A stretch of DNA of 64,000 nt from Octopus sinensis (lineage: Eukaryota). Shown piece after piece: positions 25,561 through 35,850 of the stretch (positions are counted from its first letter, which is position 1; each line of letters starts with the position of its first letter). The translations under genes and the position numbers were made by a program. Where the stretch lies: contig NC_043020.1 in the NCBI RefSeq assembly GCF_006345805.1, positions 20,708,001-20,772,000 of the forward strand. The letters are read 5' to 3'. Below the pieces are notes generated by a model. That model did not search any database and was not told the DNA's origin. It was given only the letters and a program-made list of their open reading frames with translations.

Positions 25561-25685
25561 TAGAGCTGATGAGTGACTATATTTTTAAATAGAATCAATT
25601 TAAGTTCGATTTAATTTTTGAATCGAATTGATTTTATTATTATTATTATCTATTTGAAAATATAGCCATGAAATGTGCGTAGTCT
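25561..25685 (+). ncRNA. Type I hammerhead relic with a long stem II
   Basis: CTGATGA 25566-25572; 20-bp stem II arms 25573-25592 / 25650-25669 plus nested aatcaa/ttgatt and ttcgatt/aatcgaa; GAAA 25670-25673; TGTGCG-TA, interpreted as decayed ACGCGCGT-A. Confidence 0.6.
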
Positions 25686-25821
25686 TTTTACTACTGTTTA
25701 CTATTTATTTTTATTGATTTAAAATAAGGTTTTTTTTCATAGTATATATTTTCTATATGGTGTGAATAACATCTTTCTTTATTGAATTGTTTAATAGTGG
25801 TTTTTCTCTAAATTATATACA

Positions 25822-26234
25822 TAGGCGCAGGAGTGGCTGTGTGGTAAGTAGCTTGCTAACCAACCACATGGTTCCGGTATCAGTCCCACTGCGTGGCATC
25901 TTGGGCAAGTGTCTTCTGCTATAGCCCCGGGCCAACCAATGCCTTGTGAGTGGATTTGGTAGACGGAAACTGAAAGAAGCCTGTCGTATATATGTATATA
26001 TATATATATATATGTATATGTGTGTATGTGTTTGTCCCCCTAGCATTGCTTGACAACCGATGTTGGTGTGTTTACGTCCCCGTCACTTAGCGGTTTGGCA
26101 AAAGAGACCGATAGAATAAGTACTGGGCTTACAAAGAATAAGTCCCGGGGTCGATTTGCTCGACTAAAGGCGGTGCTCCAGTATGGCCGCAGTCAAATGA
26201 CTGAAACAAGTAAAAGAGTAAAAGAGTAAAGAGT
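25822..26234 (+). mobile_element. tRNA-derived SINE, family A (low divergence)
   Basis: Full head to tail with most CpGs retained and an (AAAGAGT)n tail. Confidence 0.88.
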
Positions 26235-26319
26235 AATATATTATATATTGTGAAATTTAATTTAAAATTGTTGAATTGAATTTTTCCCTGTAAGTTTTGG
26301 AATTATATTCCCTACTATT

Positions 26320-26351
<32 letters not shown>

Positions 26352-26619
26352 TGGATAATAAAATGAATGGTTTACACCTGGTAGTTTTCATTTGTTATAT
26401 ATATATATATATATATATTTAGATATATATGCAGGAAATTTCTCAATTCAACTAAAATAACAAAATCACAGGAATAAAGAAAGCAGAAGAGGTAATTTCT
26501 GGAACAGAGGAGAATGGAGGACAGGTTTGGAATGAGGGTGGGGAAGATGAGGTGAGTCATGTGATATTGTGGCCCATTATAGGATTTAGTGTGAAATATT
26601 TAATTCCAATTTTACCAGA

Positions 26620-26800
26620 TAACAAATTTACTCAGTGTTGTGGAGTTGTCCTCTTCAAAAATACAATGACCAACTCAAAACAATACTGAAAGCCACTGGA
26701 ATTGAACCCAAATTGTTTGAAGCAGAAGCCCAAAACCATACCAAGTCAGAGTGTTCCATCACCATCAGAACCAAAAACTTCAAAGCCACTTAGTCACCAA
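26620..26800 (+). mobile_element. Short RTE-like ORF2 C-terminal remnant
   Basis: Translates to ...YNDQLKTILKATGIEPKLFEAEAQNHTK..., resembling the RTE terminal KDQLK..LK..GI....E..A motif. Confidence 0.45.
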
Positions 26801-27388
26801 TGCTATCACCATAAAGAAACTAAATTCCCTAATATGAGAAAGCTGACATGTAGAACAATAATAATATTGATTTCTTAAGTTAATTATAATTTTTCAACTG
26901 TATTTTTGTGCTTGTGTAAATAAAATGATGGCTAACGGAATTTGTGGGAATAATTGTTAAAGGGTATGCAAAAAGTAGGGTTATATAGGATTGAATGTAC
27001 ACTAAACCTGGCAAAAAAATTGTGCTTATTGAAGAATTGGACCAAGAAGCACAGTGGGAAAAGTGGTGCACATTGTAGAACTAGAAGGCGGTGCACATTG
27101 TAAAAGTGAAAGGAAACTGCTTGGTGGTGTTTTCAATTCCCATTTATATTTCATGTCTAAATGTCTAGCGGTGGCCAACAAAATGGATAAAGGACATCTC
27201 AGACTGGTTGAGTTATTCTTATCACGTCATGAAAGAGAAATCTTCATGTACTTATGATTTGTTTGCCATTTCTTTCTCTGTCACCTTCTCATCCTCTCTT
27301 TTCACTCACTTCTTCTCTATCTCCCTCTCTCCATTATAATTACCAAAAGTTTTTAATGATAAAAGATGAATTCTTCCATGAGTTTATT

Positions 27389-27775
27389 GATGGAAGCACT
27401 CCGTCGGTTACAACGACAAGGGTTCCGGTTGATCCGAATCAACGGAACAGCCTGCTCGTGAAATTAACGTGTAAGTGGCTGAGCACTCCACAGACACGTG
27501 TACCCTTAACGTAGTTCTCGGGGATATTCAGCGTGACACAGAGAGTGACAAGGCCAGCCCTTTGAAATACAGGTACAACAGAAACAGGAAGTAAGAGTAA
27601 GAGAAAGTTGTGGTGAAAGAGTACAGCAGGGATCACCACCATCCCCTGCCAGAGCCTCGTGGAGCTTTAGGTGTTTTCGCTCAATAAACACTCACAATGC
27701 CTGGTCTGGGAATCGAAACCGCGATCCTATGACCGCGAGTCCGCTGCCCTAATCAGTGGGCCATTGCGCCTCCAC
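27389..27775 (-). mobile_element. Young tRNA-derived SINE (distinct family) with a 14-bp TSD
   Basis: Minus-strand head gtggaggcgcaatggcccactgattagggcagcggactcgcggtcataggatcgcggtttcgattccc; TSD TCCATGAGTTTATT at 27375-27388 and 27776-27789. Confidence 0.9.
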
Positions 27776-28370
27776 TCCATGAGTTTATTATACAAACTTT
27801 GAAACAAAAAGCAATTGCTACTGACCTTTTAATATGATTTTGTGCCAGTGCTTCTGGAATTGTTAAATTTGCCTGACTTTTTCCTTGTTTGTAAATAAAA
27901 CAACTATTTAAAGATAAATATGCTATTTTTTAAATGCCAATGTAAAAACATAAATACCTATTTATATTTTCATTTTAAATTTAGAAATGAAGAAGATAAA
28001 AATATGGATCATGTACGGTCTGTTAATCTACTAATTAACTTAAATTAGTTCCAGTGAAGGTAACATTCAAAAGGACTGACTTAGCTTACATTAATGTCTT
28101 CAATGACTTGGTGATGTTAAAAGAAATCTCGGAAAACAATAGCAGGTTAATGTTTCGATAACTGGCACTAACATTAAAAGCTACTCCAAGACCATTAAAA
28201 TAACATATATATCGTCAGTCTGTTTGTATGTGTGTATTATCTGTGTGTGTGTGTGTTTGTTTGTGTGTGTGCATGTGTGTACATATATGTTAATATCTTC
28301 TTAGGTACGTTTTTGATATATATGCAAATATATTAAAATTAGACGAAACATTATCTGAACTCATTACACA

Positions 28371-28580
28371 TTCTTTATTCTTTTATTTGTTTTAGTCATT
28401 TTGACTGTGGCCATGCTAGAGCACTGCCTTAAATTGAACAAATCAACCCCAGGACTTATTCTTTGTAAGCCTAATACTTATTCTATCGGTATCTTTTGCA
28501 GAACCGCTAAGTTATGGGGACGTAAACACACCAACATTGGTTGTCAAGCGATGATGGGGGTGACAAACACAGACACACAA

Positions 28581-28655
<75 letters not shown>

Positions 28656-28812
28656 CATGACAGGCTTCTTTCAGTTTCCGTCTACCAAATCCACTCACAA
28701 GGCTTTGATCGGCCTGAAGATATAGTAGAAAACACTTGCCCAAGGTGCCACACACTGGGACTGAACCCGGAACCATGTGGTTGGTAAGCAAGCTATTTAC
28801 CACACAGCCACT
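28371..28812 (-). mobile_element. tRNA-derived SINE, family A
   Basis: Reverse complement of family A with a central (CA)n tract. Confidence 0.85.
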
Positions 28813-29349
28813 TCTTTTTATTATATTGATAGTGACTTTAAAGTTTGACTTGAATCCTGTTTCTCAAAATTCATCATTAACAACACCGTCACCTTCATCA
28901 ACAAAACAAAAGTAATGTATTTCAACAGAAATAATAAAGGTGTTAAAGAAGACAATATGTGAAGAAATCATGTTTCTATTTCCCAATGTCATTGGACAGT
29001 TTGTTACTCAACAAGTTGAAGGATTGCATCATGAAAAAAAGCATGCAGTGAAGTGGTTGGTGTGAGGAAGGACACTCAGCTGTAGAAGCCATGTCAAAGC
29101 AGACACTGAGCTCTGCACAGCTCTCTGGCTTGTCAGTTCTTGTCAAACCATCCAATCCATACCAGCAGGGAAAAAGGGACATATATATATATATATGTAT
29201 AGGTGCAGGCATGACTGGGTGGTAAGATATTTGCTTCCCAAGCACATGGTTCCAGGTTCAGTCCCATTGCATGATGGTCTTCTACCATAGCCAGGCTAAC
29301 CAAAGCCTTGTGAGTGGATTTGGTAGGCAGAAAGTGAAAGAAGCCAGTC

Positions 29350-30240
29350 ATGTAGCCATCAGTGTAAGTGCTCTGAGAGAAAAGTTGGACATAAGAAGTA
29401 TCAGATGTGGTGTGCAAAAGAGACAACTGCACTGGTACGGTCAATTGTTGCATATGGATGAGGACAGCTGTGTGAAGAAGTGTCACACCCTAACAGTGGA
29501 GGGAACCTGTGGAAGAGGAAGACCTGGGATGAGGTGGTGAAGCATGACCTTCAAATGCTGGGCCTCACAGAGGCAATGACAAATGACCAAGACCTTTGGA
29601 GATATGCTGTGCTTGAGAAGATCCGGCTAGGCAAGCAAAATTGTATCCGCAGCTGATGCCAGTGTCGCAAAACTGGCCCATTTAAAAATACACTTCAATC
29701 ATCGGGCAATGTGCTGTGCTTGAGAAGACTTTTGAGTCAAGTGAAATCGTTGTTGTGGTTGATGCCAGTGCCACCTGACTGGCACCCACGCTGGTGGTAT
29801 GCAAAAAGCATCATTCGAACATGGCTGATGCCAGTGCCTCCTGACTGGCTCCCATGCAAGTGGCACCTAAAAAGCACTATTTGAGTATGGCCCATGCCAG
29901 TGCCACCTGACTGGCTCCCATACCAGTTGCATGTGAAAAGTACCATTTGAGTATGGTCAATACCAGTGCCACTCGACTGGCTCCCATGCTGGTTGCATGT
30001 AAAAAGCACCATTCAAGGATAGTTGTTGCCAGTGCCACCTGACTGCCCCTGTGCTGGTGGCACATAAAAAGCACCTACTGCACTCTTGGAGTGGTTGGCG
30101 TTAGGAAGGGCATCCAGCTGTAGAAACCTTGCTAGATCAGACTGGAGCCTGGTAGAACCTACTGGCTTGCCAGTCCTTAGTCAAACTATCCAACCCATGC
30201 CAGCAAGGAAAGAAGACATTAAAAGAGGATGATGATGTGT
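29350..30240 (+). mobile_element. RTE LINE 3' end (ORF2 tail, 3' UTR minisatellite, (GAT)n tail)
   Basis: 29350-29620 matches 7880-8160 (EKLDIRSIRC...WYG...MDEDSCVKKC...GRGRP). Ends with gttggcgttaggaagggcatccagctgtagaaac...gatgatgatg. Confidence 0.8.
29761..30080. repeat. 66-bp minisatellite, about 5 copies
   Basis: Unit starts at 29761, 29827, 29893, 29959 and 30025; core ccagtgccacctgactgg. Confidence 0.85.
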
Positions 30241-31459
30241 GTATATCTTTGTGTCTTTGTGTTTGTCCTCCACTACCACTTGACAGCCAGTGTTGGTTTG
30301 TTTATATTCCCATAACTTAGCATTTGGCACTGGCCTAATTTCACTGTAAGACTAAATACATATAGATATGACTCTAGACACGTACTTAGGTATGAGTATG
30401 TAATATAGCATGAACAAACCCTTTTCAGGTTCTACCCTAACTCAGTCTTGAGTTACATATCATCTAAACTAATTCACTTCATAGTTAGTTCTGCTATAAC
30501 TCTTTCTATTACTTTCTCAATTTTGTCAATCAATTTGATGTTTCTTTCAAGAATATCTCCTTTGTTCTTGTTGTAGTTAATAATAATACCAGCTGCAATA
30601 ATCCCTTCCTGTACTACCTAAATGCCTATGACAGTGACTAGTTAATGCTCTACTTGGCCCAACATTTGCAGCATTTCAACTACTATACAAGATAGTCTGG
30701 CTGCTTTCCCTGCCCTCATATGTTTAGCAGTCATTCCAAACATATGGCGGTTGAGTTCAGTAGAAAGTCTCTTGGGTCTACTTAGTGCAGTCCTCTCTTA
30801 CTTGTGCATTTTTCTCATTCAGCAAACTTCCATAGTCATATTTCTATATTTTCTTCCTTCTAGACATCCAGTGAGGATGAATACACAACTTTTGTTGTGC
30901 ATTCATTTCCTGCTAGCTACCTCCTAATTCATACTGACATATTTTTTTACAATCTAGAATGTAGACATGACTGTGTAGTAAGAAGTATGTTCTGGGTTGT
31001 CCCACCATGTGGCACCTTGGGCAAGTGTCTTCTCTTGTAGTCTTGGATGGACCAAAGCCTTGTGAGTGGATTTCATAGATGGAAACTGAAACAAGCTTGT
31101 TGTATATATATAAATTATACATAAATACAATTTGGAGATCTGAGTGTAGGAAGTTTGTAAGCTGCAGGCAGTAAATTATGATCACAATACATTCCCCATA
31201 ATAATAACAATCCTCTTTTTCTTTTTTCTTCTTTCTTTCCTTCTTATTCCTCAACTCTAAACCACCCACTTGCATATTTTGGATCTCACCCTTTGGTATA
31301 TTGCTCATTGGTTCTCTAAACTTACTTTTTTGCTTTTTGCTTTGTTGTATAATTTTCTTTTATTTTTTACTATTGGCTTTGCTATTTAGTTGAACTCACC
31401 ATTATGTTGTGGTTGACTTAGAAATTCCTATTGACAATGTAATCTTCATTGAGGTTATC

Positions 31460-31545
31460 TCAGCCTGATGATTAGCTACACTGAGTAGAGTTTATTACAT
31501 AACAATTACATATAAGCTTCAGCTGGTTAAGAAACATATGTAGTG
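31460..31545 (+). ncRNA. Type I hammerhead-like motif, core intact, helix I weak
   Basis: CTGATGA 31465-31471; ttagcta/tggttaa stem II base with inner ctga/tcag and agtttat/ataagct; GAAA 31531-31534; palindrome ACATATGT; GUA 31540-31542. Confidence 0.5.
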
Positions 31546-32312
31546 TACATTTTACCTTTTCCATTCCCTCAATTTGGCTTTTCATGTGTGTGTGTGTGTG
31601 TGTGTTTGTCCCTCACTACCACTTGACAACAGGTGTTGTAAGTTAGCAGTTTGATGAGAAAGATTGATCGAATAAGCACCAGGCTTAAAAATAAATTTAA
31701 AAAATAAGTACTGGGGTTGATTCATTCAACTACAATTCTTTAAGGTAGTGCCTCAGTATGGCCGCAGTCTAATGATTGAAACAAGTAAAAGATAAAAGAA
31801 CTTACATCTCTGATCCTCACATCACAGCACATTACCATACCTCTTACATTCCACTTCTCTTCTAGCTATGTGATTTTGCTCCTTGCTCTTTTTGTTTTTC
31901 CTTCTAGGTTTCTCTCATTGTATGAGATGTCATCTTCATTCTGGCTGGAACCATGCCCCATTAACACATCTTGTTTGTGGCTTGCAGTATGTAATCTCAT
32001 AAAACTTCCAGCTGTCATCAATAGTGTAGATCTTTATCTCTCTCCCATCTTCCCTTTCTCAGTACATCATTAAATCCTTCTTTAAATCAATGTCTAGCCC
32101 AAATCTTTTGGTTTCCATATTTTCTTTTCCAAATTGTTTTGTGTTCCTAGGTCTACCAAACTCTTACTCAGATGGTACCATTCAACATGTTGAGTAGGAT
32201 ACTCTTTATCAGGGAAGGACTTAGTATTCACAACCATCTGTCTATCATGACCACTTGTGAATATCAAGCCTCTCTGCTTTGAATGTTTGATTCAGTTATA
32301 GCTGATCAGATG

Positions 32313-33914
32313 CAAGGTTGCCAAGTTAGTGCTTTTCCTACAAAATTTAGTACTTTTCACTATTTTCAGTGTGAAACACCATTGAGTTATGCACCCATGT
32401 AATTTTAGTGCTTTTTATCATAATTTAGTGCTAATGTTAGTGCTTTTCCATTAAAGTGAAATCAGAATTAAATTTAGAATTTTCTATCAAAAATTCAAGC
32501 AGAAAAATTTGGTGACAGGAAGCCTAAGATTTTCTTCTCATTTTAAATCAAATTGTTTCTGAATTTCAAAAAGTTAACTAAAAGTTTGAAATAACAGAAG
32601 ACCCCCCCCCCCCACCACCACCACTAAATTATTGAATGATCTTAAGAACAATAATTATAAAGCTGGGAAAGAAGCAAAATGAAAAGAATTTAGTGCAAGA
32701 TTATTTAGACTGAAACCCTATTTTGGTTATTAATTTGAGAATGAAATTCCAGTGAGTAAATTTACTGAGAAAGAAGAAAATGAGATAAGAGGCCAATGCA
32801 TAATTTTGCTGTGGAAGTTTTAGAGGTAAATTAAACAACATCTTCCAGATAATTTTTCATCTTTTACAATCAATGAGTTATTTTAGTGTAACACAGAATG
32901 TCTCAAACCAATAAAATCTGGAATTGTAGACCTTGAAAACCATTTTAATGAAGATTCAGAGATACTGAAAAAAAAAAACTGATCTTCAATGAAAAAATTG
33001 TTTTAAATGCACAATGGACACAGGTTCCTGACAGTTTCTTTTAGGATTGAAATATCAAACAGGAATTTAACTGGGAAAAGTCCATTTGACCATTTGTCTA
33101 AGTTAGCTTTAACACTTCTCATTTTACTACACACAAATGCTAATGTGGAGAGAGCAGTTAGCCACAGGAATTTTATAAAATCAAATGAATACAACCTTCT
33201 AAGCATAGAAACACTACGGGAAACTTTGAACATCGAACATGGACTTAAACAAAGTGGTTAAATGTTATGATTATAAACTACCTAGTGAATTGTCAAAGAA
33301 AATTGGATCCATAGATGCTTATAAATCCTCAAATTATAAATCCTATAAATTTCAAAGGAAATTGATAGAGAAATCTTCAAAAATATGGAGTAAAAGTAAT
33401 TAAATTAATGTCATTTAATTAGACTTGAAATTTTTAACAAATCCTTTAATATTGTGATGTAAAGGAAGAAAAAAGACAGAAACGAAGAGAGAATTACGAT
33501 AGTCTTACCTGTCGGTCTGGAGAAAGGATTACTTTCAACATCCACATGCTGTCACAATCTCCAAGGTTCACTCCATGTCCATGTGCGTTATCCGTTGCTC
33601 TTCCATCTCACACGTCCACCCTGATGTGCTGTTCGCTGCCGACTGACCCTCGTGCTTCACTGAATGCCACATGTCCACCGCAGCACTTCCGGTGGGATCC
33701 ACAGGCCCCCACTTCCAACAGGACATGCCTACTTCCTCACTTCCAATCCTTCCCTACAACATAGCCAGGCTCATAATACCACAGATATTTACACTTATAT
33801 ATCTAATTTTTTGCTTAAGTGCTATTTTTAAAACTTTTCACTTTTATTTAGTGCTTTTTAGTGTCTTTTAAGTATCAAAATGGCATTTTAAAAAATTTTG
33901 AATCAGCAACGCTG
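32313..33914 (+). mobile_element. Non-autonomous hAT element retaining the transposase C-terminal dimerisation region
   Basis: 8-bp TSD ATCAGATG at 32305-32312 and 33915-33922; decayed CAGGGTTGCCA-type TIRs; ORF 33007-33261 contains FDHLSKLALTLLILLHTNANVERAVS...LSIETL. Confidence 0.88.
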
Positions 33915-34151
33915 ATCAGATGTCTGACCTATTTCCCAAAGTCAATCTTGAAATTGGTTGATTCATTTGCATCAGGGAACCACAGGAGCCTAGATCACTC
34001 TTCATTTGCTGTACCATGACCAGGTTGTTGTCCAGCATCTCCATTAAAATAACCAGCTGTCACTATCATCTTTTACTGAGGCAGTCTGTAAGTAGGTTTC
34101 ATGGAAACAGTTCTTTTGTTCATTAGTCAATCACGCACACATGCACACACA

Positions 34152-34191
<40 letters not shown>

Positions 34192-35319
34192 TTGTTATTT
34201 AAATTTACTCATGTTGATAATGATGTTTACTATGAATTTTGTAATACATAATATCAAAGTTTTCCAAGAGGCAGTCATTCACCAATGCTCTTGGGAACGA
34301 CATAAACAGTTCAACATCCCATTTCTCCCCTTTATAATGCAAAAAGTCTAGAAGTGTGTATAGCTTTTTATCTGCTCAACACAGTTGACCTCTTAATTAT
34401 ATAAAGACCAACTACTGTAGTAAGCTACAAAATTCTTACATTCTCTCAATTTATTGCAATTCAGACTGCCTTATGGTCCCAACAGATGAAGTGGAAAAGT
34501 ACTTTCCTGGAGGATGGCAAAGGAGATGTACTGGCACAGCCACCCTGACTCATAGGGCTCACACTTGCAAATTGCCATCTCCACCTTGAGAGCAGTGAGC
34601 AGGAATATGGTCCAGGGCCAAGAATGCTGGAGGTCTCCATTGCTACAGGCTTGACCATAAATCTGTTGGAGAGCAACCAACACTTTGACAGTTTGCTTCT
34701 CTCAGCTTGGTAAGCAGCTCAGCAATACATGTCTATGTACTGCTAAGTTATATTTTGTATGATGGGCCTCTATGAAGTCATCAATCTGCTAGAATTAGTA
34801 GTCAAATACTACCCTCAAATAACACCCTATTGTCTTAAGTAAGAGTAGAAAACATTGATAGTCATCTGTGAAATGCCTTTAATCATAGGTTCCTGCTCAA
34901 TCAGGGCAAACCAGAGGCTAATCAACAATATCATATGTGAATTATATCTCCTTCTGGTTGTAAGCTTTGCAGTTACTTGATCTGGAGCCAGTGAGAGTTT
35001 AGTTGTGTACTGGCCAACACTATAGTGGCATTGCCTGTATGGGGAAAGTAGAATCTGTTGACATTTTGACTGGTAGGCCAACACCCTACTGACCTGCCAG
35101 TTAACTGTGACATCCCTAAAAGACTGTAAAATTACAATGTGGTAATCTATCAGGCTTCCCTGAAAAAAATTTCGAAAAAATAAATAAATGAAAAATAAAA
35201 ATCCCTGAGAAAATAAATCAAAATTGCTCTCTCCACTTCCGGAAAATAATGTAATAAAGGGAAGAAAAAATAAAACCTGTTGTTACACAGAGATCGTCAC
35301 CTTTAAAGAAATTTATTAC

Positions 35320-35850
35320 ATTACATTGTTGTTATTGTTGCTTCTGTTTTTGTTGTCGTTACTGTTGCTATTAATGTCTTCTTTGTTGTTATTTCTGTTG
35401 TGTCTGTTGCTGTTGTTGCTGCTGCTATTGTTATTGTTGTTACTGCTGCTGCTGCTGCTGTCATTGTATTAGATCAGATCAATTCATATTATTTCCACAT
35501 ATTGCCAACAAAATTAATTTTTTTTCTCTTTAGCTTCCTTGTTGACAACAAAGTAATTATGTTTTATCACCATCATTATCATCATTCTCGCCATAATCAT
35601 TATCTCCATAGTGCCATGAGCAGAAGCAGTAGCAGCAGCAGCACAAGCACCATTGCCAGGAGCAGCAGTACCAGCACCCCCACCACAATAACCATTTCTT
35701 CTTCTCCTTCTTCTTCTTCTTCTTCTTCTTCTCTTCTTCTTCTTCTTCTTCTTCTTCTTCTTCTTCTTCTTCCACTTGCCCATCATCACCATCACTATCA
35801 TCATTACCATCATCACTACCATCATTATCACTATCATTAACATCAACAAC
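35320..35850. repeat. Trinucleotide mosaic (GTT/GCT, AGC, CTT, CAT)n
   Basis: Direct inspection; explains the poly-L/S/H/K/E ORFs. Confidence 0.9.

Noticed and set aside
27700-27775. tRNA-like sequence
   Set aside because: It is the head of a SINE bounded by a TSD; no complete cloverleaf or acceptor stem, so not called as a tRNA gene.
28145-28222. Minus-strand CUGACGA ... GAAACAUU
   Set aside because: No convincing stem II closing pair or helix I.
29761-30080. Regularly spaced repeats superficially like a CRISPR array
   Set aside because: Whole 66-bp units are homologous (no unique spacers), the context is eukaryotic, and there are no cas genes.
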